Positions 1-13,304 are shown, counted from the stretch's first letter. The stretch is DNA of 64,000 bases from an uncultured delta proteobacterium (GCA_963850305.1 CAWKKR010000008.1:960001-1024000), one strand, 5' to 3'. Translations and numbers: made by a program. The notes: generated by a model not told the origin, from the sequence alone.

Positions 1-243
1 ATCGCGACGTACCAGATCCCGTCCATCGGCCGCGAGTTGCTCATTCACGTCAGCATGCCCGGAGGGTACGAGTTCGACGCGAAGGGCATCGTACGGTGGA
101 CACGCGAGGCGCCGCTCTCGACGGCCGGAGCCGAGGCCCCGCCAGGGTTCGGCGCGCAGTTCACCGAGATTAGCGCCGAAGGACGCCAGCTCATTCAGCG
201 GTACGTCCGCAATCGCGAGCCGCTCTTCCACGACGATCTGTAA
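1..243 (+). CDS. PilZ-domain protein (TIGR02266-like), 5' end outside window
   Basis: Frame open from base 1: IATYQIPSIGRELL...GIVRWTRE...PPGFGAQFTEIS...REPLF, typical of myxobacterial PilZ C-termini. Confidence 0.75.
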   Translation: MATYQIPSIGRELLIHVSMPGGYEFDAKGIVRWTREAPLSTAGAEAPPGFGAQFTEISAEGRQLIQRYVRNREPLFHDDL

Positions 244-322
244 GTCCGCGCCGTGAATCGACCGGCGCCGTAGTTGGTCGTTTTATTTCCCGATCCGCGC
301 ATCCCTGATAACGCGGGGCACG

Positions 323-808
323 ATGCTCCTTCGCACGCGGATGGCCCTCGGCTGCGCGCTCTTCCTGTCCGCCTGCGCCTTGTCGCCGCCGCCGGCTCAG
401 CGCGTCGCGGAGGCCGCGCGGGAGCTCAACTCCGCCGCACGGTTCGGAGAGATGGACGTCGCTCTGCAGCACACGGCCGAAGGTGCGCGGGCCCATTTCG
501 CGAAGCACCGCGTCGACTGGGGGCACATGGTGCGCGTCATCGACTTCAACGTCTCGGGCCTGTCGATGAAAGACTCCGAAAACGCGACCGTCATGGTCGA
601 CATCCAGTGGACACGCCTGGACGAGGACACCCTTCGCGAGACGCAAGTCGAACAGACGTGGCGCGGCACGACGGAGGACAACGGCTGGGCGCTCACGCGT
701 GAACGACGCGTGAGCGGTGACCTCGGCTTGTTCGGTGAACGGGTGGCACGGCTCGACTCGACGGCGCCACGCGAAGACGTTCAGTTCGCGTCGAAGACGA
801 TTCGTTAG
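323..808 (+). CDS. Hypothetical lipoprotein
   Basis: Signal peptide with lipobox-like FLSAC; GC3-biased codons. Confidence 0.7.
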   Translation: MLLRTRMALGCALFLSACALSPPPAQRVAEAARELNSAARFGEMDVALQHTAEGARAHFAKHRVDWGHMVRVIDFNVSGLSMKDSENATVMVDIQWTRLDEDTLRETQVEQTWRGTTEDNGWALTRERRVSGDLGLFGERVARLDSTAPREDVQFASKTIR

Positions 809-855
809 CGCGTCGCCAGAGGGGGATCAGGGACGCTCTCGCGGCGCCCTTGCTG

Positions 856-999
856 CTAGCTGGCGCTGGCTCGCGACTTCGAGCGTGTCGTCGGGGCGGG
901 GGCGGGCTTCTTCTTCACCTTCTTCGCGCGGGCCTTCTTCTTGGCCTGCGCGCGGCGGCGCTTCATTTTCATCGAATTGCGACGGTCGAATCGTCCCAT
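856..999 (-). CDS. Small Lys/Arg-rich protein (47 aa), not in the ORF track
   Basis: Translates MGRFDRRNSMKMKRRRAQAKKKARAKKVKKKPAPAPTTRSKSRASAS*; AAG/CGC/GCC codon bias; purine-rich upstream region. Confidence 0.65.
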   Translation of the reverse strand: MGRFDRRNSMKMKRRRAQAKKKARAKKVKKKPAPAPTTRSKSRASAS

Positions 1000-1128
1000 G
1001 GTCTTTTTCGTGCCTCTGCTCGCCGCGAGTCTGCGCGGTTACTCGAGGCCCGCTCGATAGCGGAGCCGATGCAGGAACGCCACGTCTTTCGACGGCGGCG
1101 GTCCGGCGCGCCGGACCGCGAAGGCCTT

Positions 1129-1437
1129 TCAGCCGCTCGAAACGTCGTCGAGCGAGCGCTCGTTGTCCCGCACTTCGAGACGGTAACGACTGTTGACGGT
1201 CTCGATGTAAAACACGTCGCGGGGCGCGAGCCGGAGCACGCGCTTCACCGGCGTCGTCACGTATTCGTGCATGCCGTCGGAGAACTCGATCACGACGACC
1301 GAGCCCTTGCGCGGGGCGCGCACCAGCCGGCCGGTAACAGCTCTGGATCCGCGACCCAACTTCCGCAGCACGACCTGCACGAGGGTTACTCTAGCAACCG
1401 ACGGCCTCGAGCGCACCTCCATCTCGCTGCCAATCAT
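1129..1437 (-). CDS. Hypothetical protein (start uncertain)
   Basis: Globular-looking sequence with GC3 bias, co-oriented with neighbours. Confidence 0.6.
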   Translation of the reverse strand: MIGSEMEVRSRPSVARVTLVQVVLRKLGRGSRAVTGRLVRAPRKGSVVVIEFSDGMHEYVTTPVKRVLRLAPRDVFYIETVNSRYRLEVRDNERSLDDVSSG

Positions 1438-1555
1438 TTGATCCGGGGTCCCGTCCGACCCCACGGGGGTCGTCCGCCTACCCATCCTCGCGGACTCGAC
1501 TCGCACCCGGGAGGGTGCCACGCCCAAATAAGGGCGATCTGAGCGGGCGAAGGTT

Positions 1556-2803
1556 CTACGGTTGGGTAACGCCAGGCCGGCCGTGGCCCGCGAAATACGC
1601 GCGGAGAACGTCCCGGGCGATGTCGGCGGCCTTCACCTGCCAGATGGGTGTGTTGACCACCAACACCGACACCGCCACCTCGGGCTCGTCCGCCGGAGCG
1701 AACCCGACGAACCACGTGTAGTGCCGGTCCGAACTGCGTTCGGTGAGGGTGCCCGTTTTCCCCGCCACGGCAATTCCGGGAAGATACGTCTTGCCGGTCT
1801 TGTCGTGGAAGCTCCTGAACGCCGATCCCGCAGCGACGGTCTGCACCATCATCTTGCGCAGCTCGAGCGCCGTCTCTGGACGAATCGCGTGGCGAAGAAC
1901 GCGTGGCGGTCTCGAATCTTCCCAGATCTCGTCCTTGCCGTGCAGCACTTTCTCGACGATGCGCGGCTCGAGCGCGACGCCGCCGTTCGCCACGGTCTCG
2001 GCGAGCGACACCGCCGCGAGCGGCGAGAGAGTCGAATGCCAGAACCCGGCAGCGGCCCGCGCGAACTCGGGACCCGCAGGCGGCAAGTCGATCTTCGGGG
2101 CTTCGTTCGCGACCGCAAAAGGGACCGGAGCTCCGTACCCGAAAGCGCCGGCCATCGCCTCGAGCTCCGGCGGTTTGAGATGTTTCTGCGCGAGCCGTGC
2201 GAACACCACGTTGATACTGTGACCGAGAGCCTCGCCCATCGTCGCGCACCATTTGTCGCGCTTGGGATCGTCGATCAGCTCCTCGGCGAGGATCTGGCTC
2301 CTGCCGCCGTGGTAACACTGGGTGGTCCCCGCGTTGAGACCCGCCGTCTCGATGAGCGCCGAGCTCGTCACGACCTTGAAGACGCTCGCGGAGGGAGCTG
2401 TCGCGCGTACGTTGACGTCGAACGGGGGGCCATTGCTCACGTGACTCGCGTAGGCAATGAGCTTGCCCGTCTTCACGTCCATGAGCACCGCGCCGGTCTC
2501 CGGAATTCGGTACCGATCCATGACAGCGGTCGTCGTTCTCTGAACGTCCGGGTCCAGCGTCAGCTCCGCGGTGCGTCCGCCGCTGAGTGGGGCGGTGACG
2601 CGCCGGGGTAGCACGGTAAGATCGAGCAGATTCAGGCCGTCGAGGCTCGGCTCAGGCGCCTCGCTCGAGATGACGGACGGAGCAATTTTCGACAGAGGCC
2701 GCGTTACGTCACGGACGCCGACGTGGCCCTGGACGATCGGCACCAGGGCGCAAGTCATGCCCAGAGAAGCGCCGAGGCCGATCCATCTAGCGTAGGCACG
2801 CAT
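1556..2803 (-). CDS. Penicillin-binding transpeptidase domain protein
   Basis: SxxK (SVFK), SxN (SIN) and KTG (KTGT) motifs, YTWFVGFAP; N-terminal membrane anchor. Confidence 0.9.
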   Translation of the reverse strand: MRAYARWIGLGASLGMTCALVPIVQGHVGVRDVTRPLSKIAPSVISSEAPEPSLDGLNLLDLTVLPRRVTAPLSGGRTAELTLDPDVQRTTTAVMDRYRIPETGAVLMDVKTGKLIAYASHVSNGPPFDVNVRATAPSASVFKVVTSSALIETAGLNAGTTQCYHGGRSQILAEELIDDPKRDKWCATMGEALGHSINVVFARLAQKHLKPPELEAMAGAFGYGAPVPFAVANEAPKIDLPPAGPEFARAAAGFWHSTLSPLAAVSLAETVANGGVALEPRIVEKVLHGKDEIWEDSRPPRVLRHAIRPETALELRKMMVQTVAAGSAFRSFHDKTGKTYLPGIAVAGKTGTLTERSSDRHYTWFVGFAPADEPEVAVSVLVVNTPIWQVKAADIARDVLRAYFAGHGRPGVTQP

Positions 2804-2895
2804 GTCTGCCCCGGTTACCCGCCCGAACGCCGATCGGGCAACTTTGTGCGAAGCGCCAATACGACGCCCGAGGCTACGTGGTAGGCTACGAAGAG

Positions 2896-4050
2896 ATGGG
2901 CAGTGCCCCGTTCAGCGCCAACCTCGAAGTAGAAAGCACCTCGGTGCTCCTCGCCCTTTCGGGCCCCCAGAGCAAACTGCTGGGCGAGCTTTCTCGTCAT
3001 TCCGGCGCGGACGTCAATCTTCGGGGCAATACCATCCTCCTTTCGGGTAGCGAGCCCGACGTGCGCGTCGCCCACCGGTTCCTGACCGATGCAGCCCTGC
3101 TGGTCGAAAAAGGCGTGGACATCGGGCCGAGCGACGTCGCGCATTCGCTCCGCTCGCTCCGCGGAAACCCGGACGCGAGTCTCACGGATCTCCTCGACGA
3201 GATCGTGCTCGTGTCGCCGCGACGGCGGCCCGTCGTGCCGAAGGGACCGACCCAGCGTCTCTACGTGGAGGCGATCCGCACGCACGATCTGACGTTCGGT
3301 ATCGGGCCGGCCGGCACAGGCAAGACGTATCTCGCGATGGCGCTCGCCGCGAGCGAGCTGATGAAGCGCACCGTGAAGCGCATCGTGCTCACGCGACCGG
3401 CGGTCGAAGCGGGCGAGAAACTCGGATTTCTCCCGGGCGACCTGGCGGAAAAAGTGAACCCGTATCTGCGCCCGCTCTACGACGCGCTCCACGACATGCT
3501 GGAATTCGACAAGGTCGATCAGATGCGCGAGCGCGGACAGATCGAGGTCGCGCCGCTGGCGTTCATGCGAGGGCGTACGCTCAACGACGCGTTCGTGATC
3601 CTCGACGAGGCGCAGAACGCGACGAGCGAACAGATGCGGATGTTCCTGACGCGGCTCGGATACGGCTCGAAGGCCGTCGTCACGGGCGACATGACCCAGA
3701 CCGATCTTCCTTCCGGGTCCCGGAGCGGCCTTCGCGAAGCGCGTGCGCTCCTCGACGGGATCGACGGCATCGCGTTCTGTCAATTCACGGACGCCGACGT
3801 CGTGCGACATCCGCTGGTTCAGAAGATCGTCGTCGCATACGAGCGCATGGACGAGCGACGGCGCGCGCGACACCCGGAAGACTCGTCCCCTCCGGGGTCG
3901 ACGGCGCCCTCGACGGAAAACGACGCGAAGGCGGAGCCGGTTCAGGAACCGGCCGCGAGCCACGCGGGCGCGGATTCGCGGGATCCATCCTCCGCCTCGC
4001 CTTCTTCCGCCGCGCCCTCGTCCGTTAAGGCGAAGAGCCGCGAGTCCTGA
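2896..4050 (+). CDS. phoH: PhoH family ATPase
   Basis: GPAGTGKT, LTRPAVEAGEKLGFLPG, AFMRGRTL, ILDEAQN. Confidence 0.95.
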   Translation: MGSAPFSANLEVESTSVLLALSGPQSKLLGELSRHSGADVNLRGNTILLSGSEPDVRVAHRFLTDAALLVEKGVDIGPSDVAHSLRSLRGNPDASLTDLLDEIVLVSPRRRPVVPKGPTQRLYVEAIRTHDLTFGIGPAGTGKTYLAMALAASELMKRTVKRIVLTRPAVEAGEKLGFLPGDLAEKVNPYLRPLYDALHDMLEFDKVDQMRERGQIEVAPLAFMRGRTLNDAFVILDEAQNATSEQMRMFLTRLGYGSKAVVTGDMTQTDLPSGSRSGLREARALLDGIDGIAFCQFTDADVVRHPLVQKIVVAYERMDERRRARHPEDSSPPGSTAPSTENDAKAEPVQEPAASHAGADSRDPSSASPSSAAPSSVKAKSRES

Positions 4051-5511
<1,461 letters not shown>

Positions 5512-5877
5512 TTTTGGCTTCGGGGTGCGTCTGGCGGCTCAACCGATGAGGACGAGCCAGGTGCGCGCTCCACCCACATCTTCTTTGCGAAGAGGTTCGC
5601 GGCGACAGGACCGTAGACCGTAGGGAGCGCATATAAGCGCCGGCGTGCTCGCGTCTCGTCTCGCAACGGTTGCAAGTACCAGAAACTTTTGCGGGAGGAG
5701 GAGACGAACCTACAAGGCGGTTCATGACGCAGCGGACGCCGGGGAAACGCCTTTGTCCCGAGCGGCGCCCGGCGCGCGCACGTTCCGGGGCTTGTCGGTA
5801 GCCCGGGCTTGTTTCTTGCTCTAACCTGACGTTTGGCCCGAGGTGCGTCCACCACCGGGGTACGGCAGGCGCGTACG

Positions 5878-8800
5878 ATGAGAGAGCACGCTTCACGGTC
5901 CCTGGCCTTCAAGATCACGCTCGGCGTCCTGATCGCGATCGGGTTCCTCGCGAGCTGTAACAAGAGCGACCACCCTCCCCTTCCCGGAAACGACCTGACG
6001 GCGAATCAGCCGCCGCCGGCTGGCTCCACGTGCGTGGACAACGACCACGACGGCTACGGCCAGGGTTGCATCGCCGGGCCCGACTGCGACGACACGAACG
6101 CCAGCATCACCAACCAGTGTTACCGGTGTGCGACCCCGAACGACGGTTGCCCCTGCACGACGGAAGGCCAGGTCGTCGCGTGCGGCAGTGAAGCCAGCCG
6201 TGAAGGCAACCGCGTCACCTGCGTGGACGGCGACCGCACGTGCACGGGCGGCGTGTGGGCCGCTTGCGTCGCGAAGACAGTGACGACCATGGATCTCTCC
6301 GCGGGAAGCCTCGTCCCGCTGGCGGTCGCGACGAACCCGGCCGTGTGCGCGGCCAACGTGTGCGACCCCTTTTGCCACCACTTCGACAACTCGACGCCCC
6401 CCGCGATCGACTCGAACACGGTGCTCGACGGGGGCGTCTCGCTCGTCAATTCCGCGGGGGGATCGAGCGGGACGGGAGGGACCGGCGCGGGGGGATCGAG
6501 CGTGTGCTCGAACGTGACGGAGAACGCGACGCGCTATCCGATCGGGGTGGTGACCACGGTTCAACTGTCGACCTCGAAATCCGCGGAAGTCACGACCGTC
6601 AAGAGTGCGCTGAAGTCGTTCTTCACGAGCAGCAGCGTGACCGGGATGACGATGGGCTTCGACAAGTACCCGTGCCCCAGCTGCACCAAGACGAGCGGCT
6701 GCGGCACAGCCGACATGTGCTGCGCGACGAACTACGACGACACGAGCGGCGGCGCGACTGCGACCAAACCCCCGAACTACATGGTCGTCCAGATGGGGAT
6801 GATGCCGGGGACGGGAACGCGCAACAGACCAAGATGACGACCGCCGTGACTGCGCCTCACGACGTCGAGCAACGTACCGATGCTGGCGGCACTTTCCGGC
6901 GCGCTGGACGCGGCGCAAGCGTGGGGGAAGCTACCGGCAAACCTCGCGGCGGGAGCAAAACCCGTGGTCGTGCTGGTCGCCGACCAGCTCCCGAACGAGT
7001 GCGGCGTCTGCGGCGGAAAGTCCAAAAAGTCCGCAAAGAACCAGGCAGCTTGTTGCGTCCAGGCCGTCGCTCAGCTTGCGGAGCAATACTACTACGATGC
7101 CACGCTTCCCGTGACGACGCTCGTCGTCGGGGTCAGCGACACCGGCGCCGCCAACCTGAAGTATCTGGACACGATCGCGCGAGCCGGCAGTGGCGGAAAG
7201 TACGGCGTTTTTACCGCCGACGCGACGGGCGGCACGACGACCGCCCTCGTTGCTGCGCTCAATGCGATCCGCACCGACTCGCTCACGTGCAATTACCCGG
7301 TCCCGCTGCCTCCGAGCGGCACCGGCGTCATCGATCCGGCCACGACGAAAGTGACGCTCAGCGGCGTGAACATCCCACGAGTGACCGCTCTTGGAGATTG
7401 CGGCGACAACAGATGGCTTCTTCTATGATGCGACCGGCCCCAGGTGACCCTCTGCCCCACGACGTGCACGACGGCGGAGAACAACCTCACCGCGAACATT
7501 CAGGTCACGTACAGCTGCGATTCCTCCTGTAGCTCCCAGTCCGCGGAGGCCGTGTCGGGACCGCTCGATATCCTGTTCCTGATGGACCGGACCTCGGGCA
7601 TGGCGAACGATCTGACCGACTCGAGCGGCAACGATGTCGGAGTGACGGCGTGGAGCGCCGCGGAGACCGCCGTTCGGAACTTCGTCCGGGATCCCGACGT
7701 GGCAGGGCTGGAAGTCGGACTGAGCTACTACCCCATCGTGTCCGATTGCTACACGTGCGAATATGGGAGCCTTCTTTCGGGATATAATCTGAGCTATTGG
7801 CCCTTTTGCAACAAGACTCTCACCTCCGGAACCTACGGGGACTGCGTGGACAACGGCTCGTCGCCATCCGTCCCGGCGACGGGCGATGACGACAGCGAGT
7901 ACTTCGCCGATGAAGAGGGCACCACCGAGTGCACGTCGTCGGACTATCTCCGACGCTACGGCCTGGCGACACCCACCGGGCTCGGCGCCACCCAGGGGGT
8001 GGACTTCAACGTCATTCCAGGCTCGGGCTCCACACCGTTCTGGGAGACCCTCTTCGACTCGATGGATCGGACCGTCCCGGATTCGAGCTCGGGCAGCCCG
8101 TCCACCATCGCTCTGACCGGTGCGCTGGCGTATGCCGAAAGCCACCAGACGGCGAATCCGACGCACAAGACCGTCGTCGTCTTCATCTCCTCGGGAATCA
8201 CCTCGACGCCGGCAAACGACGAACTGCAACACCACGAAGCTTGCGTGTACCGGGGTGACCATCAAGTCAACGGCACTACGCCGCGACGATCAAGACCGAC
8301 ATGGTCGCCGAGCTCCAGTGCATCGCCGCCAAAGGGCACAGCGCGGGCGTCGACACGTACGTCATGGGGATCGGAAACGCCGTCACCGCCGCGAACATGA
8401 ACCTGATTCAGAGCTCCGGCACTGGCGCCGCTTACCCGACCGCGTTCACGATCACCGACGCCTCGGATCCGAGCGCCTTCATCAACGCAATGCTCAGCAT
8501 CCGCCGCCAGGCGATGAACTGCAACTTCGACATCCCGACGCCGTCGAGTGGGACGCTCGATACGACGCCCGCGAACGTCTCGGTCCACCTGTCGGCTACC
8601 GTCTCGCCCGCGACGAGCGAGTCCGACTACACGCTGACGAACGTCACCGGCAGCTCCGCGTGTAGCGGCCAGAACTGGTATTACGACAGCAACACGACGC
8701 CTACCCTCATCAATCTGTGCCCGACGCCCTGCACGAACCTGCGAAACGACCTGAATTCGCGGGTGGACATCAGCTATCAGTGCGTCGTGCCGACGCCGCC

Positions 8801-9296
8801 CCCTCCGCCACGCCGAGTTACAGCGCCGGCACCGCGACGTTCGAGTTCGACGCGGACGGCGTGTGCGCCGCAGACCAGCTGCCGTCGTGGGAAGACTTCT
8901 CGTACCAGTCGACGACGCCGGGTAACAGTAGCATCACGTTCATCGTCGCAACCGGCACGCGGGACTCCTCCGGGAACATCACGAATCTGACATCGGACGT
9001 GCCGCTTCAATTCACGAAGACGTCACTGAGCGGAGATCATGCTTGCGCCGCCGCGTGGACGAGCGGGCCCGCCGACGCCTGCGGTTATTCCGAGGACACG
9101 GAGATCATGGGCCCACAGTTCGGCGCGCTTCGTTCGGGCGACATCCTCGTCGATACGACACTCCAAGCAAACTCGCTCTCACGCAATCTGAACTACCTCC
9201 GCATCAAGGCCACGCTCAACCCATCGAGCGACGGGACGCAGACGCCGAAGATATCGAACTGGGATCTCCAGAATCTCCTGCGTGACGTCCCAATGA
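5878..9296 (+). pseudogene. Large Cys-rich lipoprotein with metal-binding motif and tandem vWA modules; multiple frameshifts
   Basis: Lipobox FLASC; CVDNDHDGYG..DCDD motif; vWA-like LFLMDRTSGM, VVLVADQLP, TYVMGIG. Five ORF pieces (5833, 6880, 7444, 8301, 8717) join by small indels; reconstructed end WDLQISCVTSQ*. Confidence 0.7.
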
Positions 9297-9984
9297 CGAG
9301 AGTGCTCATGGAAAATCTTCCTGCACTTCTCGCTTCGACCCTCCTCGCCGTCGCTGCTTGCTCGGGAGGCAACGCTCACGCGCCGCTCGTGGCGGTTGGC
9401 GCTGGCGGTAGCAACGCGGACGCATCCACGGGGAGTTCGGGTGGCAGCGGGGCGGTAATCGGATCGGCCGGCGGCGGGTCGAACATAGGCGGCAGCGGAA
9501 CGAACGGAGGTGACGAGAACGCAGGCGGCACCGACCAGAACGCGGGCGGCGCTGGAGAAAACTCCGGGGGAACGGGCCAGAACGCAGGCGGCACCGACCA
9601 GAACGCGGGCGGCACGGCGGGTTCGGACGGCACCGGCGCGACCGGCGCCGCCACTGGCGGTGCCGGAGGCGCGGGAGAAGGAGCGGGCGGCCAAGCCACG
9701 GTCCCGGAATGCACGATCTCGAGCGGAGTAGCGGGCTGCGATAGCTGCGTGCAGAGGCATTGCAACACCCCTTGCTATACGTGCCAGACGGACAGCGAGT
9801 GCAACGCGATCATCCAGTGCATCTTCGGCACTTGCTTGGACGACCAGGGGGCCATGGATCAGACGTGCGCCGGCCAAGTGCGAGAGCGCGCACCCGGGCG
9901 GCAAGCCGGACTTCAATGACTTCGTCGATGAACCAGGATGCGTGCGCTCGAGTTTACTGCGAGTGCTTCTGCAACTTCTTCTGA
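9293..9984 (+). CDS. Gly/Cys-rich lipoprotein, frameshift near 9880 (end approximate)
   Basis: ATGA overlap with upstream gene; LLAVAAC lipobox; Gly-rich repeats; CxxC-rich C-terminus. Confidence 0.6.
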
Positions 9985-10396
9985 CGAGCGCCCTCGCGGG
10001 AAACATGCCGGATCCAGCTCGCCTCGCGACGCGCCTCGTCATCGCCGCCATCGATCGGGCTTCGCGTTCCTGAGTGCCCGCCAGATCCTCGTGCTCGCGC
10101 GCGGCAGCGGATCGTTTACGCCGGCATGACGGCGTTGTCTGCGCCATGGTCCGCCGCCGCCAGCCGGACGACACCACCCCGTGGCGCGTGAGCGACGGTA
10201 TCGTGCCGCCGCCAGCCGCGAACGCGACGCGAGGGACAGCTCGTCGCGTGGCTCGGGAGCCATTATCCGGTATTGACGCTGCGAGATGAACGACGATCCG
10301 GCTGCGTCATCGTGCGCGAAGGACATCGATCTCGGTGGCGGCCCGCCGCGCGCGCTCTTCGTCGAACCCGGGCTAGGGACTCGTCGGACGGGAGCC

Positions 10397-11883
10397 GTGA
10401 CGCCGGTGCCGCGCCACGTTCCGTGGCTCCTTGCGTTGCTTGTCGGCGTTCGTTCAAGCACACGGCGCGACGACGTCCGGGGCACCTCATGTGGCTCGCG
10501 CCCGTGCCCTGGGGCGCGGCGCTCATCCTCGCGTGCCGCGATCTCGCCGCGTCGAGCGCGGCGGCCCGAGGGCGGCACGCTCGGCGCTCTGATCGGCTTC
10601 GTCTCGAGCGCTCATCTCTGGGGCATCATCTATTACCACGAGGCCGTATACCTCCTGATCCTCGCGTATCATGCGGTCGTCTGGGGACTCTTCAGCGCTT
10701 GGGCGGGCGTGTGCATCGTTCGCGGCGGGAAACACCACGCGCTCGCCGCCGCGGCTGGATGGGCGTTCATCGAAACGGTGAGATCGAGCGGCTCGATCTC
10801 GTTCCCTTTCTACTTCGGGGGCACGCTTGCGGACGAGCTCCCGGTCGCGCAAATCGTGAGTGTCGTCGGGACCGAGGGGCTTATCCGGGCTTCTATTCTG
10901 GGTTGGGTTCTCTCTCGCCGGACCCTTCGCGACGCTGTGGGGCGAGCGGCGCTGGGCGAAGCCGGGATATTTCTTGCCGGCGCTCGTCACGGCGACGCTC
11001 GCAATTGGCGGCGGAGCGCTGCGTCTTGCCACGTCGCCAAAAGCGCTCTCCACGATCCGCGTGAGCGCGCTCCAGGGCTCGATACCGTCATGGCTATACT
11101 CGCTCGCGACGGGGGCCGGCCCCTTTCAGGCCGTCGTCGAAGAGCAGTACGGCTTTCTGTATCGCGAAGCGCTGGCGTCGAAGCCCCCGCCGGATCTGGT
11201 CTTGTTCCCGGAGACGGCATTCGACTGGCACATCCTTCCGACGACGGCGGCGATGCGCCGGCTGCGCCCGTTCAGCGTCACCCGTCTCCCGCGGAAGACC
11301 GCCGTCATGTTCGGTGCGAGCTTCACCGACCGCCACGCGCACGGTTCCGTGAACGGCGTGGGCATCGCGACGCCGGATCGTCAGGGGCTGCCGGTGCTCA
11401 GAAGCGTCGTGACGAAGCACGAGCTCGTGCCGTTCATCGAGGTGCGCCATTCGCCGTCTAATCAGTGGCAAGTGGCGCACGTCGACGGCCGTACCATCGG
11501 TCGTCATGATCTGCTACGAGTCGATGTATCCAGAAGCGGCGCTCAACGCCGCGCAGCGGGGCGCACGTCTCTTGACGATCTTGTCCGACGACGCCGGCAT
11601 GCGTCGAGCGGCGATCGCCTGGACGCACGCCGAGCAGGCGCGCATGCGCGCGATCGAGGTGGGTCTGCCTCTGGTTCGCGATGGGCAAGCCGGAGTCTCG
11701 TACATGACGGACGCTTACGGTCGCATGCTCGGACGTCTCGACTCGTGGCAGACCGGGACGCTCACGCGCGATGTCCCGCTCCAGGACGTGAACACGATCT
11801 ATCGCCAGGTCGGACGGGGCTGGGCGTTCTTGTGGGCCCTGCTGGCGCTTGCGCCGGTGGTCCGGCGAAGACGACGCGGGTGA
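10397..11883 (+). pseudogene. lnt: Apolipoprotein N-acyltransferase-like (nitrilase fold), frameshifted
   Basis: TM segments, then catalytic triad motifs FPET (E), KHELVPF (K), ICYES (C) and MRAIEVGLPLVR, spread over several frames. Confidence 0.8.
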
Positions 11884-11916
11884 GGTGAAACGCAAGCTCG
11901 ACTCGGGCGAGCACGG

Positions 11917-13212
11917 TCAGTTGCTCGCGCAAACGGTCGGCGTCGCGGGGACGCACTCTTTCGATTGGGAATCGCACACCAGGGACAGCGCGCACGTCTG
12001 CACGCTGAACGAATCGACTGGATCGCAAGGAGCCCCCTGAGCGATGCGCGGCAAGCACACGCCGCCCTTGCAGTAGCTGTCGCCGTCGCACGCCGTGTAT
12101 CCCGTGGGTCCGACCCCGACGCCGCACGCTTCACCGCCGCCGTCCATCGCTCTGGCGACGGGTATCGCCTGACAAACACCCTGGGCGCAGATCAGCATGC
12201 CGGCCAAATCGCACGCGTCCGCGTCCACCGAACAGTCTCCGCCCTCCTCCGCCGGCGACCCACACTGGCCACTCCGGCAAACTAGCCCGGCGACGCAATC
12301 GGTGGAGCTCCGGCAGCTCTGCCCCCGCTCGCTCGCGCGGACGCAAACATTCTGAAACCCGCAGACGAGACCCATCGCGCAACCCGAACCAACCGAACCG
12401 CACGGCTCCTTCAGCCCCGGAGCTTCCACGCAATGACCGCAGGACTCGAACGGAAGCACGCTGCACGCTCCGCCCGCGCACTGATCGTCCGTCTGACAGA
12501 CGGCTCCGTCGGACAACGTTCCGGGCGCGGGCCGCGTCGCCGGGCAGACTTCGTCGGCGACGCAGCCACAAGGTGCATTGATCAGCGCGGCAGCGCAATC
12601 GTGCGCATCGGACAGACTCGTCGCCGGCTGTCCGGGAAGCCCGACGGTCGACTGGCACTGGACCAAATAAGTCGCCACGCAAGCGTCGTGACCGCCGAAC
12701 AAGACGAGGTCGGCCGGGTGACAGAGCTCGAGGCGCGTACACTGCTCCTCCGCGACCGCCTGGCACGGATCGCTCGGTACCGTGAGGTTCCCCACGGGGC
12801 TGCAATCCATTGCAGTGACGGGGCCCGCATCGAGTACGATGGGGCCGGCGTCGATCGGCGCGCTCGATCCGCCCGCGTCGAAGTGCGCCGGGGCATCGCC
12901 CCCCGCGCCACCCGTTCCGGCAAACCCGCGATAAAGCCCGCCGCTCCCGGCTTCCATCGGCGAACCCGAATCCACGCTGGCGTCCAAGGAACTCCGGGAT
13001 CCACCCGCCGACGCGTCGAGCAACCCACCCGCCGCGGCGTCCGCTCCCGTGACCCCTCCGGTGCCTCCGGCACCGCTCGCCCCGATGCTAGCCGGATGCT
13101 TGCTACTCCCGCATGCGATCACGCACCACGCCGAGACAAAGACAACTCCAAGGATCCGCACGGCACGGGAATCTATCACAAGCCTGCGCGCGCGCTCCGA
13201 CGGAGGCGGCAT
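11917..13212 (-). CDS. Cys-rich repeat lipoprotein
   Basis: VIAC lipobox, Gly-rich linker, repeated G..C....DC..GL.C modules. Confidence 0.75.
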   Translation of the reverse strand: MPPPSERARRLVIDSRAVRILGVVFVSAWCVIACGSSKHPASIGASGAGGTGGVTGADAAAGGLLDASAGGSRSSLDASVDSGSPMEAGSGGLYRGFAGTGGAGGDAPAHFDAGGSSAPIDAGPIVLDAGPVTAMDCSPVGNLTVPSDPCQAVAEEQCTRLELCHPADLVLFGGHDACVATYLVQCQSTVGLPGQPATSLSDAHDCAAALINAPCGCVADEVCPATRPAPGTLSDGAVCQTDDQCAGGACSVLPFESCGHCVEAPGLKEPCGSVGSGCAMGLVCGFQNVCVRASERGQSCRSSTDCVAGLVCRSGQCGSPAEEGGDCSVDADACDLAGMLICAQGVCQAIPVARAMDGGGEACGVGVGPTGYTACDGDSYCKGGVCLPRIAQGAPCDPVDSFSVQTCALSLVCDSQSKECVPATPTVCASN

Positions 13213-13229
13213 TTTCGAGGTTCCGAGGG

Positions 13230-13304
13230 CGCATGCGGGCCATCGAAGTCGGTCTACCGCTCGTGCGTGACGGGCAAGCGGGCATCTCCTTCATGACGGA
13301 CGCT
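13230..13304 (+). pseudogene. 75-bp remnant of an lnt-like paralog
   Basis: Encodes RMRAIEVGLPLVRDGQAGISFMTDA versus RMRAIEVGLPLVRDGQAGVSYMTDA at 11641-11715. Confidence 0.8.

Noticed and set aside
10005..10390. Possible small gene between the lipoprotein and lnt
   Set aside because: No consistent frame or recognisable motif could be reconstructed.
11641..13304. Possible diversity-generating retroelement TR/VR pair
   Set aside because: Mismatches are third-position and not adenine-specific; no reverse transcriptase in the window.
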